A stretch of 32,000 nt of DNA from Candidatus Electronema halotolerans. GTDB lineage: Bacteria; Desulfobacterota; Desulfobulbia; Desulfobulbales; Desulfobulbaceae. The DNA lies in contig OW818675.1 of NCBI GenBank assembly GCA_942493095.1, positions 2,340,001 to 2,372,000 on the forward strand. The letters run 5' to 3'. The position numbers and the translations under genes are program-made. Numbering within the stretch: the first letter of the stretch is position 1; every line of letters begins with the position of its first letter. The notes under the pieces are model-generated. The model saw only the letters and a program-made list of their open reading frames with translations. It was not told where the DNA came from and made no database searches. Below are positions 17,981 to 26,861 of this stretch, piece by piece.

Positions 17981-19450
17981 ATGCAATTAACCCTTCCTGG
18001 ATTCAGCAGCACCTCTGCCAAGAATACCTTTGCAGCTCCGGCAGCGTATCGCGGACTCTATGCCTTTCACAAATACTGGGGCAAAAAACCGGCGGAACCG
18101 ATAAGCTATCTTATTCAAAAGCTATGTCCTGAAAATGGCTTAGTGGTTGACCCTTTTCTAGGTTCTGGAGTTGCCGCTTTGGAAGCGGTTCGATTAAAAC
18201 GTAAATTTATTGGTATCGACATTAATCCTGTTGCTGTCAGGATAGCTCGTTTATTGATTTTGCCTCCGTCTGCCCGTTCTTTGCATGAAGCACTTTCGCA
18301 TGTCGAGATGCTTGCTAAAGAAAAAATTTTAAAAAGCTACGTTACATCTCAAAGAACACCTGCCACACATTATGTCTGGCGTAACGAAGTAATGGAGAAA
18401 GTTTGGCTGACTAACGGCAACTCCAGAAAACGAATTGAGTTGCCTCCAGAAGAAGAAGATATTTCTCTTGCAGAACAATTCGCATCCTATCAACCACAGC
18501 GGCTTCGCGCACCACGTTTTTTCACTAACTCGCGCATCAATTCTTCAGCAGCACTCACATTTAAGGATTTGTTCACAGGCCGGGCACTTCGTAATATCGA
18601 ACTGCTGCTCGCTGCGATAGATAATCTGCCAGCAGCAATGCAAGAGGCTATGATGCTTTCATTGACAGCAGCCGTTGGGCAGATGAGCAAGATGGTTTTT
18701 GCCATTACAGGCAGAGGCAAGACCAGCGGTTCGGCCAGTGATCGGATGGAGGTTGGTTCATGGGTTATTGGATACTGGAGACCGGAGCAGCACTTTGAAA
18801 TCAATGTGTGGGCTTGTTTTGAACGGCGGGTTCAAAAACTCATTAAAGCGGTTTCCGCTTTAGAAACAACTCGTTACGATATCACATCTGGTGAATGCAG
18901 TTCAGTTTGTGCCGACTCTGCGGATTGCGCGCTGCTTAACGGAGACACTTTGCGATATTTGCCAGATTTACCTGATAAATCAATAAATTTAATTATCACG
19001 GATCCTCCGCACGGAGATCGTATTCCTTACTTGGAACTATCTGAAATATGGAATGTCATCCTTGACGAAAAGCCGTTGTTTGAGTCAGAAATCGTCATAT
19101 CAAACGCCAAGGAACGGGCAAAAAAAATAGCCGATTACAATCAAGACATGTCCAGATTTCTTGATATTGCGAGCCAGAAGTTGAGCGACAGCGGCTGTCT
19201 TGTGCTTTTTTTCAATGCCCGCACCAAGACTGGTTGGAATTTTCTGAAAAATTTTTCGGACAATGCAGCAGGCATGGAATATCGCGGCTGTTTTCCATTG
19301 GTCTATTCAGCAGGTTCTGTTGTGCAAGACAACCGAGCTAAGGCCTTGCGCACAGATTATGGTCTCGTTTTCTCACGCTCGATGACTGTTCTCCCTCTGC
19401 TCACCGATATTCCCGGGTGGATGTCCAACCTTCCAGCACCGAAGGAATAA
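17981..19450 (+). CDS. Putative DNA methyltransferase (COG1743/DUF1156-like features; DPFLGSG and TDPPHGD motifs)
   Basis: 489 aa; LYAFHKYWGKKPAEPISYLIQKL, VVDPFLGSGVAALEAVRLKRKFIGIDINPVAVRIAR (SAM-binding motif), GDTLRYLPDLPDKSINLIITDPPHGDRIPYLELSEIW (motif IV variant). Confidence 0.8.
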   Translation: MQLTLPGFSSTSAKNTFAAPAAYRGLYAFHKYWGKKPAEPISYLIQKLCPENGLVVDPFLGSGVAALEAVRLKRKFIGIDINPVAVRIARLLILPPSARSLHEALSHVEMLAKEKILKSYVTSQRTPATHYVWRNEVMEKVWLTNGNSRKRIELPPEEEDISLAEQFASYQPQRLRAPRFFTNSRINSSAALTFKDLFTGRALRNIELLLAAIDNLPAAMQEAMMLSLTAAVGQMSKMVFAITGRGKTSGSASDRMEVGSWVIGYWRPEQHFEINVWACFERRVQKLIKAVSALETTRYDITSGECSSVCADSADCALLNGDTLRYLPDLPDKSINLIITDPPHGDRIPYLELSEIWNVILDEKPLFESEIVISNAKERAKKIADYNQDMSRFLDIASQKLSDSGCLVLFFNARTKTGWNFLKNFSDNAAGMEYRGCFPLVYSAGSVVQDNRAKALRTDYGLVFSRSMTVLPLLTDIPGWMSNLPAPKE

Positions 19451-19452
19451 CT

Positions 19453-20544
19453 ATGTCATTGTCTTTCGCGCAGGCCGACACTCTTTTTCGAGAAAACAAG
19501 TTGAACCAGCTTTGTGCCACTGTTGAAGGACGACGTTTTCTCAATCTCCGTTCATTAAATCGTAAAGAACATCTCGAACGGCTCTTTCAAGCATCTGGTA
19601 TTGCACGACCAGATGTTAATTCACGACAACTTTTTCAAGAGGCATTCAATGCCAATATCGGCATAGAAATTATAGAGACTTGCATAGGAAATATTTACAG
19701 TGAGCAACGGAAATATCGTCGCGCAAACGAAGCGGAACTCGTGAATCAACTTTATCGTGTGCAGGAATTCAACTGGGGTGGTCTCCATCAAAATAGTCTT
19801 GAAAAAAGCATCGTTGATAATTATGTCAAGAAAATTAATGAGTACGAAGTTCTGTGCCGCAGTGTTGAGAACGAATTGCTTGTCAGCATGCGCGGCTATG
19901 TCATTTGCTCATGGTATAACCACTGGACCTCTATAATTATCGAAGATATTTTCAAAGACCATCCAACCGTTCTGCCTGCCATAGGACTGGTGAAGAAGAT
20001 CGACTTCTTCATTCAAGACATGCCGTTCGACTTGAAGGTGACGTATCTTCCTGAAGGCTTTCTGAAAGAAAAACGGAAGGCAGCCGGACTTCGACCCGAA
20101 CTTGTATTGCTCAAACGTGCAGCTCGTTCTCACAACCTGCCGATTCTTGGCAACGCAGCAGATGCCGTTTTGCTTCAAGATTTGTGGGCAAAAGTTTCTG
20201 ATCATCCATCTGCGGAATGCAGACAGCTAATTACTGAGCTTATCGGTTTCAGAAATGCACTTGTCAGTGCAATTGCAAGTGACCCTGACGAATTGATTCG
20301 CTGGCTCTATGAAAATCAAGGAGAGCGTCGTTTTGACGCTTCAAACCGTCTTTTTCTCGTGCTTGTTGATCAGCGTAATTATTTCGATTCATGGAAGCTG
20401 AAAAGGGAAAAGGCACTCATGGAGACAACAATTCACACATATTTAGATACGTTCAGCCTGAATCCAAATCGACAAATCGAGTTTAATTGGAAGGGACAGC
20501 GTTATGCGACGGTTTCTGATCTGATACTTGTTTGTCGTCAGTAA
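19453..20544 (+). CDS. Putative restriction endonuclease, PD-(D/E)XK-like
   Basis: Starts 2 nt after the methyltransferase stop; SWYNHWTSIIIEDIFKDHPTVLPAIGLVKKIDFFIQDMPFDLKVTYLPEG fits a nuclease core (E...D...DLK). The adjacent methylase supports an R-M role. Confidence 0.6.
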   Translation: MSLSFAQADTLFRENKLNQLCATVEGRRFLNLRSLNRKEHLERLFQASGIARPDVNSRQLFQEAFNANIGIEIIETCIGNIYSEQRKYRRANEAELVNQLYRVQEFNWGGLHQNSLEKSIVDNYVKKINEYEVLCRSVENELLVSMRGYVICSWYNHWTSIIIEDIFKDHPTVLPAIGLVKKIDFFIQDMPFDLKVTYLPEGFLKEKRKAAGLRPELVLLKRAARSHNLPILGNAADAVLLQDLWAKVSDHPSAECRQLITELIGFRNALVSAIASDPDELIRWLYENQGERRFDASNRLFLVLVDQRNYFDSWKLKREKALMETTIHTYLDTFSLNPNRQIEFNWKGQRYATVSDLILVCRQ

Positions 20545-20550
20545 GTGGTT

Positions 20551-20580
20551 TTGGAAAGAGTGCTGCGATTTCTTGATAAT
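20551..20580 (+). promoter_or_regulatory. Weak candidate promoter TTGGAA-N18-GATAAT upstream of purF
   Basis: TTGGAA at 20551-20556 and GATAAT at 20575-20580. Confidence 0.25.
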
Positions 20581-20600
20581 GTCACATTTTTCACAGCACC

Positions 20601-20708
20601 ATGCAGTTGACGGAACTGATCAAACAGCGACTTGGCAGACAACAGGGCGCAAGGAATCTCTCCTTGTGCCCTTTCAATTTTATATTGGATGACACACAAC
20701 CAGCATAA
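20601..20708 (+). other. Possible 35-aa leader ORF (MQLTELIKQRLGRQQGARNLSLCPFNFILDDTQPA*) with TAATG overlap to purF
   Basis: ATG at 20601, stop TAA 20706-20708 sharing its last A with the purF ATG (20708-20710); no strong Shine-Dalgarno. Confidence 0.3.
20644..20672 (+). terminator. Terminator-like hairpin between the R-M-like genes and purF
   Basis: AGGGCGCAAGGA-ATCTC-TCCTTGTGCCCT (12 bp stem with one G-U pair) followed by TTCAATTTTATA, a broken T-tract. Confidence 0.55.
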
Positions 20709-22138
20709 TGGCTATGGAACAGCAAAAAGAGCGGACAAAGCCCGCCCATGAGTGCGGCATCTGCGGCATTTACGGCCACGAGGACGCGGCCAAGCTGACC
20801 TATTTCGGACTCTACGCCCTCCAGCACCGGGGCCAGGAGAGCGCGGGCATTGTCGCAGGCGACGGCCAGCACATGGTGCTGCACAAGGCAATGGGTCTGG
20901 TGCCGGAGGTCTTCAGCGAGACGAGACTTCAGCGGCTTTCCGGGCACCTTGCCGCAGGCCATGTGCGCTACTCCACCACCGGCGATTCCTCGATCATCAA
21001 CACCCAGCCCTTCATGATCATGCACCAAGGGCTGCAATTGGCCGTGGCCCACAACGGCAACTTGGTCAACTCGATGGAGCTGCGCAGCAAGCTGGAGCAG
21101 CAGGGGTCGATTTTTCAGACCACTATGGACAGCGAGATATTTGTCCACCTGCTGGCCCGCAACATGCACTTGGGCCTTGCTCCGGCCATCAAGGAGGCCT
21201 TTGCGGAAATTCAGGGGGCTTACTCGCTCCTGCTCATGACCCCGGACAGCTTGATCGCAGTGCGCGACCCGAACGGCTTCCGGCCTCTCTGTCTGGGCCG
21301 TCTGGAGAACGGTGGCTATGCCGTGGCCTCTGAGACCTGCGCCTTGGCTCTGATCAGTGCGGAATATGTCCGCGACGTGGAGCCGGGCGAAGTGCTGATC
21401 ATCAACAAGAACGGGCTGGGATCGGTCTTTCCGTGGCCGCCGCGCCGCCGCAGTTTCTGCATTTTCGAGCAGGTTTATTTTGCCCGCCCGGACAGCGACA
21501 TTTTTGGCTGCAATGTTTATCTGACTCGCAAGCGGATGGGCGAGATTCTGGCACGGGAGACCAATATTGATGCAGATTTTGTCATGCCTTTCCCGGATTC
21601 CGGCAACTACGCGGCCATCGGCTATTCCCAAGCCTCCGGCATTCCGCTGGAAATGGGCATGATCCGCAACCACTATGTGGGCCGCACCTTTATCCAGCCC
21701 TCACAGGCGATGCGTGATTTCTCGGTCCGGGTCAAGCTCAACCCGGTGCGGCCTTTGATCGACGGCAGGCGGGTGATCATTGTTGAGGACTCGATCATTC
21801 GCGGCACCACAGGCAGGAGTCGGGTGCGCGCCCTGCGCACCGCCGGAGCCAAGGAAGTTCACATGCTGGTCTCCTGCCCGCCGACCAGACACGCCTGTTA
21901 TTACGGCATTGATTTTCCCTGCTGCAAGGAGCTGATAGCGGGTAAAATATCCGTGGATGCCATCCGCGACCACATGGGCTTGGACTCGCTGACCTATCTC
22001 AGCTTGAACGGGCTGGTTGAGGCCACAGGCCTGAAAAAGGAGGATTTCTGTCTTGCCTGCTTTGACGGCATTTATCCGGTCGCGCCAAACACCACCTTCA
22101 CCAAGGACGCGCTGGCCTGCTGGCGCAAGTGTTCGTAA
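20708..22138 (+). CDS. purF: Amidophosphoribosyltransferase, Fe-S/propeptide type
   Basis: ECGICGIYGHEDAAKLTYFGLYALQHRGQESAGI; MPFPDSGNYAAIGYSQASGIPLEMGMIRNHYVGRTFIQP; VIIVEDSIIRGTT; CLACFDGIYPVAP. Confidence 0.97.
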   Translation: MAMEQQKERTKPAHECGICGIYGHEDAAKLTYFGLYALQHRGQESAGIVAGDGQHMVLHKAMGLVPEVFSETRLQRLSGHLAAGHVRYSTTGDSSIINTQPFMIMHQGLQLAVAHNGNLVNSMELRSKLEQQGSIFQTTMDSEIFVHLLARNMHLGLAPAIKEAFAEIQGAYSLLLMTPDSLIAVRDPNGFRPLCLGRLENGGYAVASETCALALISAEYVRDVEPGEVLIINKNGLGSVFPWPPRRRSFCIFEQVYFARPDSDIFGCNVYLTRKRMGEILARETNIDADFVMPFPDSGNYAAIGYSQASGIPLEMGMIRNHYVGRTFIQPSQAMRDFSVRVKLNPVRPLIDGRRVIIVEDSIIRGTTGRSRVRALRTAGAKEVHMLVSCPPTRHACYYGIDFPCCKELIAGKISVDAIRDHMGLDSLTYLSLNGLVEATGLKKEDFCLACFDGIYPVAPNTTFTKDALACWRKCS

Positions 22139-22191
22139 AACAAACTGCGGAGCATGCAGGCTCGACCTGCCCGCAGCTCAGGAGAAGCAGC

Positions 22192-22395
22192 ATGGCGGAA
22201 ATCATCATTGACAGCTACCGGTGCAGCGGCTGCGGCACCTGCGTGGAAATGTGCCCGGAAGTCTTTCGCTTGGACAGCATCACGGAAAAGGCGGAATTGA
22301 TCGCAGCAGCCTTGCCAGTCACAGATGCGGTCTATCAGGCGGCAGCCTTCTGCCCGGAGAAGTGCATCCAGATTGAAAGCAGAACAAACGCATGA
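22192..22395 (+). CDS. Small single-cluster ferredoxin
   Basis: MAEIIIDSYRCSGCGTCVEMCPEVFRLD...AAFCPEKCIQIES. Confidence 0.9.
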   Translation: MAEIIIDSYRCSGCGTCVEMCPEVFRLDSITEKAELIAAALPVTDAVYQAAAFCPEKCIQIESRTNA

Positions 22396-22531
22396 CTTCT
22401 GCAATGCAAGCAGTGGAACATGAAGATATGGCCTTCCTGTTGCGTGACAATTTGAGTTGAATAATAATGGTTATGCAATCAGGACGGCTGACAGGAACTC
22501 GTCGCAAGCAGCGGGGTGTCTTCGGCAATGA

Positions 22532-22566
22532 AAAGCCTCTGCCGATTGCGGCAGGGGCTTTTTTGC
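22532..22566 (+). terminator. Rho-independent terminator between ferredoxin and nadA
   Basis: AAAAGCCTCTGCCG-ATTG-CGGCAGGGGCTTTTTT, strong stem plus T-tract. Confidence 0.88.
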
Positions 22567-22647
22567 TTGTCGCCGCCGCAGAAAATTGGTTTGATGCGGA
22601 CGCAGGAGGAGGTTTTCTGATCCGGCAAACATTGAACGGAGCTGATC

Positions 22648-23724
22648 ATGGCATTATTCATTCCGGCAAAGCAGAAGGAAGAAGAAATTCTTGCCCGCAT
22701 CGCGGCCCGCAAGGCCGAGCTGGCTGACCGGCTGCTCATTCTCAGTCATCACTACCAGCAGGAGGCAGTGCATCAGTTTGCCGACCTGACCGGCGACTCG
22801 CTTCGGCTGGCGCGGGAGGCCGCCGCAATCAAGGATCGGCAGTTTCTGGTCTTCTGCGGAGTCCATTTCATGGCTGAAGCGGCGGACATCTTGGCTGCCG
22901 AGGCGCAGCAGGTCATCCTGCCGCATAAAAGCGCGGGCTGCCCGATGGCGGATATGTCCTCACAGCCTGCGGTGGCGGCAGCGTGGGCGGAATTGCGGCA
23001 CGTCACCGGCCTGCCGGAAGAGCGGATGGTGCCTGTCACTTATGTCAACTCCTCGGCAGTGGTGAAAAGTTTTGTCGGCGAGCATGGCGGCGCAGCCTGC
23101 ACTTCCTCCAATGCCAAGCGGGTGCTGGAATGGGCTTTGGCGCAAGGCGATTTGGTCTTTTTCTTCCCAGATCAGCATCTGGGCCGCAATGCCGCCTCGT
23201 TTCTTGGCCTGCCAGATGAACAAGTTGCGCTCTGGCGGCGGGGCGAGCCGCTGGGCGGCTGTACGCAGGAGGAACTGCGGCGGGCCAAGGTGGTGCTCTG
23301 GGACGGCTACTGCGAAGTGCATCTGCGCATTTTTCCTGATCATGTCCGGCAATGGCGAGTCCGTGACACGCAGGCGGTGATCATGGTCCATCCTGAATGC
23401 CGCCATGAGGTGGTGGAGCTGGTCGATCTGTCCGGCTCCACAGAAGAGATTGTGGCTGCGGTGGAGGGCAGCGAGCCGGGCAGCCGCTGGGTGATCGGCA
23501 CTGAGCTGAACTTGGTCAAGCGGCTGGCCCGCCAGCACCCGGACAAGAACATTCAACCGCTGGCTCCACATTGCTCCTGTCCAACCATGTCCATGATCAG
23601 CCCGACCAGCCTGCTGGAGGTGCTGGACAATCTGGCTGAAGACCGGGTGATAAATCAGATCAAGGTGCCGGAGCACATTGCGGCGCAGGCAAAGAAATGC
23701 TTGGACCGGATGCTGGCGATCTGA
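22648..23724 (+). CDS. nadA: Quinolinate synthase NadA
   Basis: LLILSHHYQQEAVHQFADLTGDSLRLAREAA, FCGVHFMAEAADILAAEAQQVILPHKSAGCPMADM, VMIHPECRHEVVELVDLSGSTEEI. Confidence 0.96.
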   Translation: MALFIPAKQKEEEILARIAARKAELADRLLILSHHYQQEAVHQFADLTGDSLRLAREAAAIKDRQFLVFCGVHFMAEAADILAAEAQQVILPHKSAGCPMADMSSQPAVAAAWAELRHVTGLPEERMVPVTYVNSSAVVKSFVGEHGGAACTSSNAKRVLEWALAQGDLVFFFPDQHLGRNAASFLGLPDEQVALWRRGEPLGGCTQEELRRAKVVLWDGYCEVHLRIFPDHVRQWRVRDTQAVIMVHPECRHEVVELVDLSGSTEEIVAAVEGSEPGSRWVIGTELNLVKRLARQHPDKNIQPLAPHCSCPTMSMISPTSLLEVLDNLAEDRVINQIKVPEHIAAQAKKCLDRMLAI

Positions 23725-23815
23725 TTGCAAAGCTGAGGGATTGACGGTTGAGCGGAGCACGTGCCGTCTTTACTTTCTGAGGTTGTCACAATGACACTCC
23801 GGGGCGCCCTGGGTT

Positions 23816-24589
23816 ATGACTGTAGGCCGGAATCCGCAGGTTCATGAACCTGCTCTGCAAAAGCCCCTGACTGACGACAGCTTCTTCAATGGCCAAGTCA
23901 TCTGTCATCAGCATCAGGACGGCTACCGCTTTTCCATTGACGCGGTGCTGCTGGCCCACTTTTGCCGACCAGCAGGGCAGGACGACAAGATATTGGATAT
24001 TGGCTGCGGCTGCGGGGTGATCGGCCTGATTCTCTGCCACCGCTTTCCAAAACTGCGCCTGACCGGGCTGGAGCTGCAACCTGCCTTGGCAGAACTGGCC
24101 CGGAATAATGTCATGGCGAATCAGTGGCAAGACCGCTTTGCCGTCCTCCAAGGTGATCTGCGCAAGATAAAGGAATACGTCAAGCCGGAATCATTTGACT
24201 GTGTCCTGAGCAATCCGCCGTTTTATCAACTGAGGAACGGGAGAGTCAGTCAGGCAGACGAATACGCTCTGGCTAAACATGAATTGGCTGCTGACCCAGC
24301 TTCCGTGCTGGCGGCGGCAGCCTTTGCGGTCAGGAATCGGGGGACGGTCTGCTGTGTTTATCCAGCCGGGCGGCTGGCAGCAATTTTGGCTGTGATGCAG
24401 GAACACCTGCTGGCACCTAAACGCCTTCAGCCGGTGTACAGTTATCCTGAAGATGACCAAGCGCGTTTGGTTCTGCTTGAGGCGGTGAAAAACGGCGGCC
24501 TAGGACTGTGCCTCCTGCCGCCGCTCTACATTTACCAGCGCAAGAACGGGCCGTATTCACCGGCATTGCAGGCGATGTATCGCTTATGA
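23816..24589 (+). CDS. tRNA1(Val) (adenine(37)-N6)-methyltransferase / TrmN6-like (exact start uncertain)
   Basis: GYRFSIDAVLLAHFCRPAGQDDKILDIGCGCGVIGLIL...FDCVLSNPPFYQLRNGRVS; NPPF N6-methylase motif. Confidence 0.8.
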   Translation: MTVGRNPQVHEPALQKPLTDDSFFNGQVICHQHQDGYRFSIDAVLLAHFCRPAGQDDKILDIGCGCGVIGLILCHRFPKLRLTGLELQPALAELARNNVMANQWQDRFAVLQGDLRKIKEYVKPESFDCVLSNPPFYQLRNGRVSQADEYALAKHELAADPASVLAAAAFAVRNRGTVCCVYPAGRLAAILAVMQEHLLAPKRLQPVYSYPEDDQARLVLLEAVKNGGLGLCLLPPLYIYQRKNGPYSPALQAMYRL

Positions 24590-25624
24590 GCCGGGTGGCT
24601 TGGCCCGATTCAGTTTAGCTCTGACAAGGAAGGCCGGAACAGCGGCGGCAGCCAGCAGGCCGAGGCCCAGCAAGGGTCGGAAGGTGATCCACGCTGCGGC
24701 AATGGTGACAAGGAAGAACACCCATGCGGTCAGGAATGAGATGATGCCTATCCCTGTGCTGATGCCATGTATATCCGCCCGCATGGAGAGCATCCTGAGC
24801 AGCAGGAACAAACCGGCAAACATGAGGATAAAGCCGAGCAGCCGCAGTCTCCACGTCAGCCCAATTTTCTCTCCTTCCGCTTTATGAAAGATATGCCTTG
24901 CTGTCAGCAGACCTGCCTTGACGGCAAACAGCTCTCTGCCCGATGAAGCGGGAAACGGCGTGAGGCTGCTGCCGTTCTGCCGGGCGATGACGCTGATTTC
25001 CTGCTGCGGCACAATCTCAAAGCTGATTCGCAGGTCGCCGATCTGCGGCAAGGCCGGATTGTCGCCAATATAGAAGCCGCCCTCCTGCCGTTGCGCCCGT
25101 CCTGCCAGCTCCTTTGGCAACGTCAGTTTGATGCTGATCAGCAGCGGCTGGGCCTCGTCGATTTTGCGCACTAAGGAAGCTGGCAGGGTGAACGCACCGA
25201 GCCTGACTTTAGCCGCAAGCTGTTCCGCATTCTGATAGGGCATGGAGCCGGGGTTCTTATGATTGGCCGAGTTGATGACGCGGTCAGACCAGACTTTGCC
25301 GTATGATTTGGCCGAATCCTCATGCCATTGATACATTTCCACCTTGCGCCGCAACTTGAGGGCCTTGGCAGCCACGCCGAAGACCGGATCAATGAGCGCA
25401 GTCTCAGTGACGGTCATGCCGGTGACATGCACCAATCTGCCTTGGTTGGCGGGGTCAACTCGGTCCGCAGGCACAGAGCGCACGGCTGCCGTGCCTGCTC
25501 TTATGGTTTTGCAGATATGCACCGATTGTCGCGCATTCCAGAACAGGAGGACAATGGCGACAAGGACGAGCATCAGGCCGATAATGCCGCCGGTGACAAC
25601 GCGGCGGCGACAGTCTTCAGACAT
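24584..25624 (-). CDS. TMEM43 family protein (paralog 2)
   Basis: VPADRVDPANQGRLVHVTG...TALIDPVFGVAAKALKLRRKVEMYQW...GGFYIGDNPALPQIGDLRISFEIVPQQEISVIARQNG. Confidence 0.82.
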   Translation of the reverse strand: MSEDCRRRVVTGGIIGLMLVLVAIVLLFWNARQSVHICKTIRAGTAAVRSVPADRVDPANQGRLVHVTGMTVTETALIDPVFGVAAKALKLRRKVEMYQWHEDSAKSYGKVWSDRVINSANHKNPGSMPYQNAEQLAAKVRLGAFTLPASLVRKIDEAQPLLISIKLTLPKELAGRAQRQEGGFYIGDNPALPQIGDLRISFEIVPQQEISVIARQNGSSLTPFPASSGRELFAVKAGLLTARHIFHKAEGEKIGLTWRLRLLGFILMFAGLFLLLRMLSMRADIHGISTGIGIISFLTAWVFFLVTIAAAWITFRPLLGLGLLAAAAVPAFLVRAKLNRAKPPGS

Positions 25625-26801
25625 GCGGCGGAGGGGGCGGCGGCACAGCAGCCTGCGGCGCAGCCTTGCCCATTTTGCCTTTGATCAGGAAGGCCAGAAT
25701 AGCTGCGGCAACTATCAGGCCAATTCCCAGCAGGGGCCGGAAGGTGATCCACGCCACAGCAATGGTGAGCAGAGAGAGCAGCGCGGTGATCAGAAAAGAA
25801 ATAATGCCTGTGCCTGCCCCGACAAGATTGCCAAAGAACGGAACTATATCCGCCAGCACAGAAAGCACCTTGAGCATCATGCTCAGGCCGGCGAACATGA
25901 GGAAAAAGCCGACTGCCCGCAGTATCCAGGTCAGGATTGTATTGTCGTGCTGGGCCTTCTCAAACATGGCCGCAGCGGTCTTGATGCCCTCCTGCAGCAG
26001 TTCAATGCTGCCGCCTGCCTTGCTCTGATAGGCGGTGAAGCTGCTGCCGCTCTGCTCGGCAACCACGCTGATATCTTGCTGCGGCACGATCTCAAATCTG
26101 ATCCGCACGTCGCCGATCTGCGGCGAGGCCGGATTGTCGCCAATATAGAAGCCGCCGTCCTGCCGTTGCGCCCGTCCTGCCAGCTCCTCTGGCAAAGGAG
26201 TCTCGCTGCTGACCGGGAGCGGTTGCGCCCCGCCGATTTTGCCGACTAACGAGGCAGGCAGGTTGAAAGCTCCGAGCGTGACCTTGTCGGCAAGCTGCTC
26301 CGCATTTTGATAGGGCATGGGACCGGGGTTCTCATGGCCAGATGATTTCTTAAAGCTGGACGAGCTTATCGCATGACTTGACCAGACCTTGCTGTACGAA
26401 TAGGTGGTCACGGTTTCCGTGCCGCCGCCGAGTTTCTTTTTCTCCTCGCTCTTCGAGTGCTCTTGCCACTGGTACATTTCGACCTCGCGCCGCAGCTTAA
26501 TGGCATTGGCCGACACACCGAAGACCGGATCCCTGAGTGTGGCCTCCGTGACCGCCCTGCCGCTCAGATGCACCAATTTGCCTTGATTGGCTGGGTCAAC
26601 CCTGTCCGCTGGCACGGAAATCACTATCCCGCTGCCTTCTTTCAGGGTTTTGTAGGTTTTTACTGCCCGGCCCTCGTTCCAGAACAGGAGCACAAAGGCT
26701 CCGAGAAAGAGCAACAGTCCGAAAATGATGCCCTTGAGGGCACCGCCAATGCGGCTGAACCATGATTGCTCAGTGACTTCAGTGTAGCTGTCTTCAGACA
26801 T
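25617..26801 (-). CDS. TMEM43 family protein (paralog 1)
   Basis: GIIFGLLLFLGAFVLLFWNEGRAVKT...VPADRVDPANQGKLVHLSGRA...LRDPVFGVSANAIKLRREVEMYQWQE...GDVRIRFEIVPQQDISVVAEQ. Confidence 0.86.
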   Translation of the reverse strand: MSEDSYTEVTEQSWFSRIGGALKGIIFGLLLFLGAFVLLFWNEGRAVKTYKTLKEGSGIVISVPADRVDPANQGKLVHLSGRAVTEATLRDPVFGVSANAIKLRREVEMYQWQEHSKSEEKKKLGGGTETVTTYSYSKVWSSHAISSSSFKKSSGHENPGPMPYQNAEQLADKVTLGAFNLPASLVGKIGGAQPLPVSSETPLPEELAGRAQRQDGGFYIGDNPASPQIGDVRIRFEIVPQQDISVVAEQSGSSFTAYQSKAGGSIELLQEGIKTAAAMFEKAQHDNTILTWILRAVGFFLMFAGLSMMLKVLSVLADIVPFFGNLVGAGTGIISFLITALLSLLTIAVAWITFRPLLGIGLIVAAAILAFLIKGKMGKAAPQAAVPPPPPPHV

Positions 26802-26861
26802 TGCGCATTTCTCCTTGCAGTTGACGGATTATTTTGCCAATACTGCACTCGCAGCTTGGGT

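Noticed and set aside
17132-18021. Plus and minus ORFs overlapping ddl (17132..17404, 17449..18021, 17618..17986)
   Set aside because: Overlap a clear ddl frame and lack independent coding evidence.
20591-21673. 360-aa minus-strand ORF opposite purF
   Set aside because: Shadow ORF over a clear purF gene; composition resembles antisense translation and no domain is recognisable.
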